49,796 nucleotides of DNA from an uncultured Rheinheimera sp. (GCA_964540955.1 CAZIPG010000002.1:1-49796); one strand, 5' to 3'. Shown: positions 9,107 through 18,346, counted from the stretch's first letter. Made by a program: numbers and translations. Notes: generated from the sequence alone by a model not told the origin.

Positions 9107-10063
9107 ATGCCATTATCGTTATCACAGAAAATCAAAGATCCGAAACAAGGCGTCTATTTGATTGGCACAACCCCACCCAAAGCAGAGACACCCGCGGATA
9201 AAGTAGAGCGTATCGCCAGCAAGTTACTTAAACGCTTAAATGAAATCGAATTTGACGGTGTCGTGGTTTATGACATTCAAGATGAAAGCAGTCGTGTCAG
9301 TGCTGAGCGGCCCTTTCCATTTCATGCGACTTTAGACCCGCGTGATTATGGCCAACTGCTGAAAAAACTGGCTCGACGTGATGTGATCACCTACAAAAGC
9401 GTGGCACAGCGTGATGCGGCAGAATTTGCCGAGTGGCTGGATCATACCCATGAAGACTATGGCTTACACAATCTGGTGTTAGTGGGTAGCCCTTCTTCTG
9501 CCGGAACCATCAAATTAAGTTTAAGTGATGCTTATCAGCAATTAGCGCAGCATGCTGCACCGTTTTACCTAGGCGGCGTGGCTATTGCAGAACGTCATGC
9601 CAATAAAGGCAATGAACACGAGCGTTTGATTGAGAAAGCCAAACAGGGCTGTGAGTTTTTTATCACGCAAGCCGTGTACAACGCGCAAGCGACCATTGAT
9701 TTACTGACCAGTTATGCCCGCGCCTGCAAACAACAAGGCTTAACACCACAACGAATTATTTTGACCTTTACGCCTTGTGGCGGTGAGCAAACACTTGAGT
9801 TTATGCAGTGGCTGGGCATTTCAGTCCCGCAAGCTGCGAAATATCGCATCCTTGATGCAGAAAACCCACTGAATGAATCGATCCGCATTTGCCGCGACAA
9901 CCTGCAACTCATTTTGCAACATTGTGCTGCGCTCAATATTCCACTGGGATTGAATGTTGAAAGTTTAACGAACCGCAAGGAAGAAATTGATGCGTCAATT
10001 TTGCTGTTCCGTTTACTGAAAGCCACTATGGAACTGCATTTAGCAGAGAAACAAGTCGCTTAA
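9107..10063 (+). CDS. Methylenetetrahydrofolate reductase-family (MetF-like, divergent) protein
   Basis: GGVAIAERH, E.ERLIEKAKQGCEFFITQAVYN (MTHFR FAD-barrel motif F.ITQ), TFTPCG..LEFMQWLGISVP; Met boxes upstream; GGAG RBS. Confidence 0.8.
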   Translation: MPLSLSQKIKDPKQGVYLIGTTPPKAETPADKVERIASKLLKRLNEIEFDGVVVYDIQDESSRVSAERPFPFHATLDPRDYGQLLKKLARRDVITYKSVAQRDAAEFAEWLDHTHEDYGLHNLVLVGSPSSAGTIKLSLSDAYQQLAQHAAPFYLGGVAIAERHANKGNEHERLIEKAKQGCEFFITQAVYNAQATIDLLTSYARACKQQGLTPQRIILTFTPCGGEQTLEFMQWLGISVPQAAKYRILDAENPLNESIRICRDNLQLILQHCAALNIPLGLNVESLTNRKEEIDASILLFRLLKATMELHLAEKQVA

Positions 10064-10066
10064 AAG

Positions 10067-10102
10067 CCAGCAGTACGCACGAGACCAGCAGTACTCACGA
10101 GA
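10067..10102. repeat. 2 x 18-bp tandem repeat
   Basis: CCAGCAGTACGCACGAGA / CCAGCAGTACTCACGAGA. Confidence 0.85.
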
Positions 10103-10270
10103 GCAGTGTTCAACCATCAATACTGACGCCAGCCTGCGCTCGAGCGCTCACTGACTGAAAGTCAGCGTTCAGATAGCTCGAGCAAATTTACCCAACAGTG
10201 CTTGCCGAGCTTCAGAGCAAGTGGCCATTGCCCTACTTGCTCTGAATATCCCCATGTTCAGCACATCAAC

Positions 10271-13200
10271 TCAATTCGTTGACTCAGGTTTCTCGGCATC
10301 CTGTGCTTGCTCAGTTGGCATGACTGCAGGTGTTGGTGTCGAGACTTTCGGCTCTGACGCTTTGGGCTCTGACGCTTTCGGCCAGAAGCCATGCACCGAC
10401 AATTGTTGCCAACACCATGGCAACCAACGCAATAAACTACTGGCTAACCACAATGCCCATAACAGCATCGCCAATTGATAGACCCAAAGCGGCAAACTAA
10501 ATACCCAAGGTTGTGGCAATGCTGCCTCGGCATAATCTTGATACCAGTTAAGCTGGTTATAACCTCCAAGCGGATTCACTAAGGCCATATCAGGGCTCGA
10601 CATTAACCCTTGAGGCACCGACACCAACAATGCGATGAGCGCCCCAACCAATAGCAGCACTAAACTGATCACACTTAAACGAGCCCAATTGCCACGCAAT
10701 TCCACTTGCCGTCCGCGCCACCCGACCAAAATCAAGGCTGTTGATAACGCCACCGGAACCCACAAACTAATGGCGCTCATGCCACAAAATAACAAAACGG
10801 AATCTCGTAAGCTGAGCGGCGTTAACCCAGACTTGGCAACCAAATAAGCCAAAGCCACTGCCAGGGCCAAAATACCCCAAAACAATAGCGCTGGGCCTGA
10901 CACAGGCCCTCCCAAAGCCAATAACCAACGGTTATGCGGCAGCTCCAGCGACAAATGAATATTGGCTGCTGGGGCTGATAACTTCACCGCAGGATAGACC
11001 GAATGCATGTTGATGGCTTGCGGCACGTCCCACTCTAATTGCAACGTATGGCGTCCTGGCGGAATTTGTACCAAATAATCAGCACTTTGCAACTGGCGCG
11101 GTAAGTTGTTGCCACCCAGTGTTGCTTTGGTCAGCTGAATATTGGCAGGTAAAGTCAGTGTCAGTGGCTGCGTTTGTGAAGCCAACAGAGACAGCTGAAG
11201 TTTCACATGCTGGATTTGTTCACCTTGACGGACATACATCTGCGAGTCCAAAACCGTCAATAAATCCCCTGGCACCGCCTGAGGTTTGTGGAAAGTTAAA
11301 GCCACTTGCTCGGTTGGCCAAGGTTGCCAAACTGGCTGTTGCATCGAGGTAAATTGCCCGGCATTGCCTTCACTTTGCACATGCCAATCCGGGCTTGCTT
11401 TCAGATGCCAGCGTTCGACGAACTGTTGCTGCGCTGGACTTTGCAATACCAATTGCTTGCTGACTGGTAAATTCGAGTTAAACCAAAGTTCCGCCTGACC
11501 AGGCGCCAAGGTGATCTGGAGTTTGCCATCTTGCTGCTTGAAATCAGTCAATGGTTGTTCACCCGCCAGCAACGGATACTCAATTTGCAGCATTTCATTA
11601 CTTTGATCGAGTCGCCTGACATGGGTCTGAATTTGCCACACCAAGCCTAAATTGAATTCGCGGGTGATGAGCGCTCGGCCGGTGATAGCTTGCGTGGTCA
11701 CAGTTTCCTGCGTACTTGCGGTGATTTGACGATCCAGGCGCACTTGCCAACTCTGCTCACCTTGACTGAGTTGCGGCGTCATTTGCCACGCTGTTAATTG
11801 CGTTTGCAGCTGATGCCAATGCTGTGGAAAGGTTAAATTCAGTTGCTTGATACCAGTGACGTTTACTTTCAAATCAATCTGATGCACACCTTTGGCCAAA
11901 GCAATCACCAATTGATCATCCAAACGATATAGTTCGGCATCTTGTTGATTGATGGTCACTTGGCTGGCCAAATCTGGCGAGATCGGTAACGGATACACCT
12001 GAAAATCTTGACTATGCACCCACATCGACACCCGCAACTCATCGCCATTAGCGGCAATAGTGACGCGTTCGATGCTGGTACAATCCGGGGTGCACTCCGC
12101 CGGTTTATGTAGATGTTCTTGCAGCTGCTGCAACAATTCCGGCGATGGAATGGCTTGTGCTTGCGCAGTAGGCTGCTGAAACATCGTACAGAACGCGAAT
12201 AGTGCTGCGGCCGCAGTTGGCTTGACTCTTTTGATAGCCTCTTTGAGTTCTGTTCGCCATGGCGCTAGTAACAACATAAATAAGCCCACACTTAACAGCA
12301 CCAACAGCACTCGGCCTAAGCTTTGTAGCCATGCTGGGATCAAATACACTTGCCATTGTTGCTCGGCACTGACTGGGCCTGCAAATTCAACCGACAAGGC
12401 TCTGGAACGCCATTGTGGTAATGCTGGGCCGGTTTGAATTTTATTGGCGGGATCGGTTGCTTGCACGCCATACACCAGATCGGGTTGGGCTGAAGCCAAG
12501 TCATAATCAGATCTCTGGATGCGAGAACCTGTCACTTCAATTTTCTCCATCAGACTGGCTTTGCGTCGCTCGGCTTTCGCCATTTCTTCTTCAGCAAATT
12601 CCGCCATCGACGCGGCGGGCGCTGGCGCTGCCACTTTCAGCTCTTGCCGCTCGGCAAAACCATCGTGTTGCACTGCACCATACCCCTGACTGGCGAGCTG
12701 GGGATAAATCGCCAACCGCAGCTCATCGGTGGCTAAAGTCAGTAACGAAATCCCCAACCAAAGCAAAGCGCCTTTGGCGAGCCATTGACTGACAGTCGCA
12801 AGGCGACCACGGCTATACTTCACAAGCGCTAAACTGGCGAACACCAATAACCACAGCAAGTCGGGGGCTTGGCTTTTCTGGTAAGCCAGCAATAACCATA
12901 ACAACATCGCCCCAGCGGCAGGCACTCCCAATAACCGATACGCAGTGACTGTTAATAACATCACCAAAAACATATCCCATAAATCCCAAGCATGCAGCCA
13001 ATCGCCATAGACTTGGCTAGCGCCAAATACGGCCAAGGCCGCCCAACCGCTCGGTAAATATACAGTGGTTGTCACAGTGTCGACCGGGATATCCCAACCA
13101 TGCACTGGCAATTGTCGTTGCTGGGGCAATTGACTCAGGGCCACAACCGATAAATCTGACTGCCGAATTTCCACACCCGCGCCTTTGCTTTCTGCTGAGA

Positions 13201-14452
13201 GTTGGTTGATCAGCCGAGCTTCGCCAGACACTTCAATACGGCCAGGCTCAAGCGGGGGTAATAAAGTGAGGCGCGCGACAGAACGCAGCTGCCCCTGCAA
13301 TTGATCTTCCACCGTGAACTGCTGGGTGGTTGGCGATAACCACATGGTGCGTTGCAACCGGACTGCGTCACGCTCATTGCTGGCAGGCCCTGCCAACTGC
13401 GAAATTTTCAGTTCATTCTCGTCATTCACTAAATATTGCGGATATTGTTGCCAGTCCGAAGGCGCGTCACTTTGCTGAGGATCGATACTGACAGCCCCTT
13501 CTAACTGTGCCGTACGAATTTGGCTATCGCCTTGAAAAGCCCAAACTTCTGCATCTGGCCAAGGCTCAGGTAAATTAGGCTTACGGATCGCTCCATTGGC
13601 AGTAAAACGTAAAGCCGTTAACTTGATTTGATAATTGCCAGATAAGGCGCTGACACTCAAGCTGCCATCTTGGCGAATGGTCACTGGTAAATCCCCTTCA
13701 ATGCCTGCCAACACAAATCCTTCCGGCAGCGGCATTGGGATTTTTAATTCTCGCGATGGCACACTGACATCAACCCGAATGAACGTGGTTAATTGATAAG
13801 GAATGGCGTCACTGAGTAAGCGGAATACTCGCATCTGCACCCGACTTTCGCCTTGTTCAGGTGCAGGCGTTGCACGTAATAATAACCGTTGTTGATCCCA
13901 CATCGGCTGCGCTACCTGCTGACCATTGACGCTCAGCGCCACGGGTGGAGTGCCATTTGGTAATTCTAAAGCCTCAGGCAGTGCTGCCCATTGATAGATT
14001 GCCGTGATCCGCACGCGACCAACAGGCAATTGAATTTCTGGACGATTATTGACCTCACGCACCGCAACAGCTTGCGCAATGCCTTGCAGTTGGCCGCGCT
14101 CATCTAAGCTCTGCACTTTTACCTGTTGGGGCCATGCGCGCTGATCGCCAGGCAAGGCCCACAATTGTTTGCTGTAACTTTGTACATCTTGTTGCAATTG
14201 CGCCCCTTGCTCAGTGGCGGCTAACGAGGTTTGTCGCACAAATAAACAATGTTTGTCTTGCGCATCTTGAAACCATGGACAAAAACGTTCGGGTAAGTCT
14301 TTGCTCACCCAAGCTTGCCATGGCTCTAACGGCGGCGGAATTACAGCGGCGGGCGCAGCAAAAACAGCAGTGGGTAGCGCAACCAAGGCGAATAATGAGC
14401 AGACAACACGAGTGCAAAGCGTTTTGATACACGTGCGAGCATTAGTGAACAT
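10271..14452 (-). CDS. Large hypothetical membrane protein (1393 aa) made of two homologous halves, each a beta-rich extracytoplasmic region plus a TM bundle
   Basis: Long ORF; N-terminal signal peptide (..LPTAVFA); hydrophobic bundles near aa 470-580, 705-735 and 1175-1350; visible internal similarity. Confidence 0.85.
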   Translation of the reverse strand: MFTNARTCIKTLCTRVVCSLFALVALPTAVFAAPAAVIPPPLEPWQAWVSKDLPERFCPWFQDAQDKHCLFVRQTSLAATEQGAQLQQDVQSYSKQLWALPGDQRAWPQQVKVQSLDERGQLQGIAQAVAVREVNNRPEIQLPVGRVRITAIYQWAALPEALELPNGTPPVALSVNGQQVAQPMWDQQRLLLRATPAPEQGESRVQMRVFRLLSDAIPYQLTTFIRVDVSVPSRELKIPMPLPEGFVLAGIEGDLPVTIRQDGSLSVSALSGNYQIKLTALRFTANGAIRKPNLPEPWPDAEVWAFQGDSQIRTAQLEGAVSIDPQQSDAPSDWQQYPQYLVNDENELKISQLAGPASNERDAVRLQRTMWLSPTTQQFTVEDQLQGQLRSVARLTLLPPLEPGRIEVSGEARLINQLSAESKGAGVEIRQSDLSVVALSQLPQQRQLPVHGWDIPVDTVTTTVYLPSGWAALAVFGASQVYGDWLHAWDLWDMFLVMLLTVTAYRLLGVPAAGAMLLWLLLAYQKSQAPDLLWLLVFASLALVKYSRGRLATVSQWLAKGALLWLGISLLTLATDELRLAIYPQLASQGYGAVQHDGFAERQELKVAAPAPAASMAEFAEEEMAKAERRKASLMEKIEVTGSRIQRSDYDLASAQPDLVYGVQATDPANKIQTGPALPQWRSRALSVEFAGPVSAEQQWQVYLIPAWLQSLGRVLLVLLSVGLFMLLLAPWRTELKEAIKRVKPTAAAALFAFCTMFQQPTAQAQAIPSPELLQQLQEHLHKPAECTPDCTSIERVTIAANGDELRVSMWVHSQDFQVYPLPISPDLASQVTINQQDAELYRLDDQLVIALAKGVHQIDLKVNVTGIKQLNLTFPQHWHQLQTQLTAWQMTPQLSQGEQSWQVRLDRQITASTQETVTTQAITGRALITREFNLGLVWQIQTHVRRLDQSNEMLQIEYPLLAGEQPLTDFKQQDGKLQITLAPGQAELWFNSNLPVSKQLVLQSPAQQQFVERWHLKASPDWHVQSEGNAGQFTSMQQPVWQPWPTEQVALTFHKPQAVPGDLLTVLDSQMYVRQGEQIQHVKLQLSLLASQTQPLTLTLPANIQLTKATLGGNNLPRQLQSADYLVQIPPGRHTLQLEWDVPQAINMHSVYPAVKLSAPAANIHLSLELPHNRWLLALGGPVSGPALLFWGILALAVALAYLVAKSGLTPLSLRDSVLLFCGMSAISLWVPVALSTALILVGWRGRQVELRGNWARLSVISLVLLLVGALIALLVSVPQGLMSSPDMALVNPLGGYNQLNWYQDYAEAALPQPWVFSLPLWVYQLAMLLWALWLASSLLRWLPWCWQQLSVHGFWPKASEPKASEPKVSTPTPAVMPTEQAQDAEKPESTN

Positions 14453-14621
14453 GAGGCAATCCTGTGCTTAAAATTTAACTTGAGTGTAACACAACTAAAG
14501 TTCGCTACCAGCCAAGCGAACGAAACTCGGTACAAAGTGGCGGGTCAGCGCTGAATTCAAAGTGAATCAGATGCGCCATACGCATCGCCTTTGAAAAAGC
14601 GCTTCAGTCATGCATGTTCTG

Positions 14622-14670
14622 CAAAACGGTCAACGGTAAAGCCGATAACTCATTAAAGCCGATAACTCAG
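14622..14670 (+). promoter_or_regulatory. Candidate sigma28 promoter (CAAA-N15-GCCGATAA) overlapping a 2 x 17-bp tandem repeat TAAAGCCGATAACTCA(T/G)
   Basis: Perfect FliA -10 GCCGATAA at 14641 (repeated at 14658); CAAA sits 15 nt upstream of the first copy. Confidence 0.4.
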
Positions 14671-14769
14671 CGAAGCCAGCAACTGAGTCAAACCGGCCAT
14701 CTTCTAGCAAAACGGCAATCCTTAAAACGGCAATGCGTGAAACTGGCCATGCAAGCATTCTTAACAGCT

Positions 14770-14840
14770 ATTGCAACTAATTCTCATTCAAGTCTAGGCA
14801 AGGGCCACGCACTTAACTATAATGAGAACAATTATCAATT
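14770..14840. promoter_or_regulatory. Two Fur boxes upstream of tonB
   Basis: TATAATGAGAACAATTATC (14818-14836) matches GATAATGATAATCATTATC at 15/19; a weaker ATTGCAACTAATTCTCATT lies at 14770-14788. Confidence 0.8.
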
Positions 14841-14864
14841 ACACTTTATGATCGGCTGGTTATT

Positions 14865-15578
14865 TTGGTCAAGTTTCGCTACCTCGGTGTTTTCGCATTG
14901 GTGTTGGTCTGTCATGGTGCTGCCTTAGCATTTGCTTGGCTGAACGTGCAACCGCCAAAAAGCTTAACCACATCGGTGAAGGCGGAACAACCGCCTGCCT
15001 TGACGGGATTATTAGTCGCGCCAGCAGCCGTGCAGACGCCACCGGCAAAACCTGTCCAGCCGCAACCTAGGCTCACACCTAAGCAGATGAACAAATCGCG
15101 AAACAGCAGTTCGCAAAGCAAGCATTCGCACCGCCATAAAACGCCAACCCAAGCGGCTCGCCCTGTGGCAGCCAAACCTTTACCGAGCGGTCCCGAATCT
15201 GCCCGTGCAATCTCGCAGTTAGCCTCAGCGTCAGCAACACCCGCTACCTCGAAACCAGCAACCAAGCAACACAACGAGCAAACAGCGTTGCAACTGCCCA
15301 GCACGGCCGCAACAAGTGCGCAAAACCAAGCACCGCTGTACCCCAAAATCTCACGTAAGCGCAAAGAACAGGGCACGGTTTTGCTGTTATTACTCGTCAG
15401 TAAACTGGGCAAAGTGGAGTCTATTCAAATCAAACGCAGCAGTGGGTTCTCGCGTTTAGATCAAGCTGCACTGCAAGCCGTCAAACAATGGCGATTCACT
15501 GCGGCCAGCCAAAATGGTCAGGCCATCGATTATTGGTATGAAATGCCAATTAATTTTTCACTCAACCAAACGCAATAA
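14865..15578 (+). CDS. tonB: Energy transducer TonB
   Basis: N-terminal TM with His (LVCHGAAL), Pro/Lys-rich linker, TonB_C PLYPKISRKRKEQGTV...SSGFSRLDQAALQAVKQWRF. The TTG start is uncertain (no clear RBS; in-frame stop at 14823). Confidence 0.9.
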   Translation: MVKFRYLGVFALVLVCHGAALAFAWLNVQPPKSLTTSVKAEQPPALTGLLVAPAAVQTPPAKPVQPQPRLTPKQMNKSRNSSSQSKHSHRHKTPTQAARPVAAKPLPSGPESARAISQLASASATPATSKPATKQHNEQTALQLPSTAATSAQNQAPLYPKISRKRKEQGTVLLLLLVSKLGKVESIQIKRSSGFSRLDQAALQAVKQWRFTAASQNGQAIDYWYEMPINFSLNQTQ

Positions 15579-15602
15579 GCGTTTGCCCTGTTAAGGAATA
15601 CA

Positions 15603-16328
15603 ATGATGCAAGCAAATCCCTATGGTATTTCCGCACTCTGGCAACAATCTGACGCAGTCATCAAAGCCGTCGCAGTCGTGCTTTTGTTCATGTCGATCGC
15701 CAGTTGGTGTGTCATCGTCATCAGAGCTTGGCGTTTATGGCAATTGCAAAAAATCGCCACTGCCAGCCGAGATTTTTGGCATACCCAATCCTTTAGTGCT
15801 GGTTTGCAGACGCTTAGCCAAAGTAGCAACCAGCATGGACTGCACAACCCATTTCGTTATTTAGCCGATCAGGGCCAACAAGCTTTAGAACATCACAGCA
15901 GTCATAAAGAGGATTTGCATGGCAATTTGCCCTTGTCTGATTGGCTGACTTCAACCTTAAAAGGGGCGATCGACGAAAGTGCAGAGAACATGCAAAAAGG
16001 CTTGGCGATTTTGGCTTCTGTCGGTTCGACTGCACCTTTTATTGGCTTATTTGGCACTGTGTGGGGTATTTATCATGCACTCGTAGGCATTGGTGTCAGT
16101 GGCCAAGCCAGTATTGATAAAGTTGCAGGCCCCGTGGGCGAAGCGCTGATCATGACGGCCTTTGGCTTAGCGGTTGCCATCCCAGCAGTGCTGGCTTACA
16201 ACGCGCTGAGTCGAGGCAATAAAGGCATCATCAGCAAACTCAATCGCTTCGCCTTTCAATTGCATGCTTATTTTCTCACCGGCTCGGCGCCAAAGGCTGC
16301 AGTGCGCTCATTATCAGGAGTTGCATAA
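15603..16328 (+). CDS. exbB: ExbB (MotA/TolQ/ExbB proton channel)
   Basis: LASVGSTAPFIGLFGTVWGI...EALIMTAFGLAVAIPAV; AAGGA RBS. Confidence 0.95.
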   Translation: MMQANPYGISALWQQSDAVIKAVAVVLLFMSIASWCVIVIRAWRLWQLQKIATASRDFWHTQSFSAGLQTLSQSSNQHGLHNPFRYLADQGQQALEHHSSHKEDLHGNLPLSDWLTSTLKGAIDESAENMQKGLAILASVGSTAPFIGLFGTVWGIYHALVGIGVSGQASIDKVAGPVGEALIMTAFGLAVAIPAVLAYNALSRGNKGIISKLNRFAFQLHAYFLTGSAPKAAVRSLSGVA

Positions 16329-16759
16329 TGGCATTTGGTGGCGACTTCGAAAACTCGGACGAAGTAATGAGTGAAATCAATATGACGCCTTTAGTGGACG
16401 TGATGTTGGTGCTTCTCATCATATTTATCATCACGGTGCCGGTGATCACCCATTCGGTGAAAGTTGATTTGCCAAGGGCGAGCAATCAACCTGAACCCGC
16501 GAAAATAACGACCATTGAAATTACTGTGGATGCCCAAGGTCAGGTGTATTGGCAGCAACAATTAGTCGACCGCAACAGCTTGCACGACAAATTAGCGCAA
16601 GCCGCGGCACAAAATCCACAACCTGAAATCCACTTGCGCGGTGATAAAGCCGTGGCTTATGAGCATGTCGTCACCACGATGGCGGCAGTGCAACAAGCTG
16701 GCATTTTAAAGTTGGGTTTTATCACCGAGCCAACACCATCAACGACAGTTTCTGAATAG
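16328..16759 (+). CDS. exbD: ExbD biopolymer transport protein
   Basis: EINMTPLVDVMLVLLIIFIIT; RGDKAVAY; TAATG coupling with exbB. Confidence 0.95.
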   Translation: MAFGGDFENSDEVMSEINMTPLVDVMLVLLIIFIITVPVITHSVKVDLPRASNQPEPAKITTIEITVDAQGQVYWQQQLVDRNSLHDKLAQAAAQNPQPEIHLRGDKAVAYEHVVTTMAAVQQAGILKLGFITEPTPSTTVSE

Positions 16760-16918
16760 CCATGACTCTGTAAAATTGTATCTATGCTCACATCGTGTTA
16801 CAGATCCCTGCTGGACGCGATAAAATTTTGCGGTACTCTGCAAAGAAGTGAATTATTGAAGTGATACAACCATTGCTGTTATTAAGTGTACAGCAGTTCG
16901 GTGTGAGGAGAATCTATC

Positions 16919-17143
16919 ATGGCAAGTCAAGGTTCTGGCGGTAATGTAATTGCGGCCCTGTGTAATATTCCGTTCCCTGGTTTAGGCCAACTGGTGCAAG
17001 GCCGCCTCATGGCTGCCATTCTATTTTTTGTATTTTGTGCTGTGGGTTATGCTTTGTGGTGGTTGATAGTCCCTGGCATTGTCGCCTTGGTCATCCACTT
17101 GTGGGCCATTTTAGACGCGGCGACATTTAAATCGAACGACTAA
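16919..17143 (+). CDS. Small hypothetical membrane protein (74 aa)
   Basis: Strong GAGGAG RBS; FPGLGQL..GR motif (TM2-like); hydrophobic. Confidence 0.8.
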   Translation: MASQGSGGNVIAALCNIPFPGLGQLVQGRLMAAILFFVFCAVGYALWWLIVPGIVALVIHLWAILDAATFKSND

Positions 17144-17193
17144 ACAATTGGGTGCAGATGACCCGCAAATCCAAGCAATCATTCAAACAAACT

Positions 17194-17220
17194 CAGGGGC
17201 TCAACCTTGCCCCTGTGTTT
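17194..17220. terminator. Terminator between convergent genes
   Basis: CAGGGGC-TCAACCTT-GCCCCTG-TGTTT. Confidence 0.6.
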
Positions 17221-17240
17221 AAAATTGATGGCTGCTAACC

Positions 17241-17582
17241 TTAAACTTTCTTCACAAACTCTGATTTTAAACTCATCGCGCCAAAACCGTCGATTTTACA
17301 GTCGATATCGTGATCACCCTCGACTAAGCGGATCCCTTTGACCTTAGTACCAATTTTTACCACTGCAGAAGAACCTTTCACTTTCAGATCTTTAATAACC
17401 GTGACAGTATCGCCATCTTGCAAAATATTGCCGGCAGCATCACGCACCACTTTGGCGGTTTCTGTGGCTTCAGTGGTTGCGCCTGCTTGCCATTCATGAC
17501 CACATTCAGGGCAAATCAATTGCACTCCATCTTGGTAAGTGTAACTTGATTGGCATTGCGGACAGGCGGGTAATTGACTCAT
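17241..17582 (-). CDS. yjdM: Zinc-ribbon protein YjdM (PhnA family)
   Basis: CPQC..YTYQD...ICPECGHEW; [25 protein letters not shown]...LKSEFVKKV. Confidence 0.93.
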   Translation of the reverse strand: MSQLPACPQCQSSYTYQDGVQLICPECGHEWQAGATTEATETAKVVRDAAGNILQDGDTVTVIKDLKVKGSSAVVKIGTKVKGIRLVEGDHDIDCKIDGFGAMSLKSEFVKKV

Positions 17583-17709
17583 GATTCATTCCTAAATGGA
17601 CGGGATAACCTTATAAAGAGTATGGATTCTATCACTTTTGACTGAACAACAAAACTATCGCCGCAGGCAGAGTGCTATCCCCAGCTGCTGTTGCAAAAAA
17701 CCAAGCCGA

Positions 17710-17745
17710 CTTTCCATAGCATTTTCCATGGCATTTTCCATGGTA
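17710..17745. repeat. 3 x 12-bp tandem repeat (TTTTCCATGGCA) in the yjdM/arfB divergent promoter region
   Basis: Units at 17710, 17722 and 17734. Confidence 0.85.
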
Positions 17746-17771
17746 TGATGTTGTTTTTTGGGGGATACCGC

Positions 17772-18191
17772 GTGATTGAAATTGACGCAAAGTGTGCAAT
17801 TGCTGAGGTTGAGATCTCATGGCAAGCCATCCGAGCCAGCGGCCCGGGGGGCCAGCATGTCAATAAAACTGAAACTGCAATGCAATTGAGCTTCGATATT
17901 CATGCGTCCAGTTTACCGCCACATTACAAAAGCGCCTTGCTGCAACGCTCAGATCACCGCATCAGCCCTTCCGGCAAAATCATCATCAAATGTCAGGAAC
18001 ATCGGAGCCAAGAACTCAACAGGCAACAGGCTCTGAACCAGCTCATCATGTTATTGGCCAGTGCAGGCATCGTTGCCAAAAAACGTTATGCCACGAAACC
18101 AACCTATGCCAGCCAACAACGACGACTCGCCAGTAAAAAACACCAAGGCTCTACCAAGGCACTTCGTCGGCAAAAACCTGGGATGGATTAA
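17772..18191 (+). CDS. arfB: Alternative ribosome-rescue peptidyl-tRNA hydrolase ArfB (YaeJ)
   Basis: RASGPGGQHVNK, RSQELNR and a basic C-terminal tail (KRYATKPT..RRLASKK). GTG start at 17772 after GGGGA. Confidence 0.93.
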   Translation: MIEIDAKCAIAEVEISWQAIRASGPGGQHVNKTETAMQLSFDIHASSLPPHYKSALLQRSDHRISPSGKIIIKCQEHRSQELNRQQALNQLIMLLASAGIVAKKRYATKPTYASQQRRLASKKHQGSTKALRRQKPGMD

Positions 18192-18312
18192 TCCCATAAC
18201 GATATTCGCATCACTCGCTGCAACATCTTTCTTATAACTTTGGTTATTAATTATCGAAAAAAAAGTATTTAAAGTTATTAAGAAGCTCTGGTTTAATGCA
18301 ATTTAGCATTTC

Positions 18313-18336
18313 AGGCATTTAGATGTCTAAACAAGG
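18313..18336 (+). promoter_or_regulatory. Tandem MetJ boxes upstream of the small ORF-cysA unit
   Basis: AGGCATTT AGATGTCT AAACAAGG; the central box is 7/8 to AGACGTCT. An inverted repeat ATAAC-TTTG-GTTAT lies upstream at about 18234-18247. Confidence 0.65.
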
Positions 18337-18346
18337 AGCAGCACTG

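Noticed and set aside
8992-9201. 69-aa ORF upstream of the metF-like gene
   Set aside because: It runs through the promoter and Met boxes, overlaps the real CDS out of frame, and has no RBS.
14614-14928. 104-aa ORF or frameshifted tonB N-terminus
   Set aside because: It spans the repeats and Fur boxes and has no protein-like features; tonB already has a complete TM anchor in its own frame.
17691-17771. N-terminal extension of ArfB (FHSIFHGIFHG)
   Set aside because: Translation of a 12-bp DNA tandem repeat; GTG 17772 gives a normal-length ArfB with an RBS.
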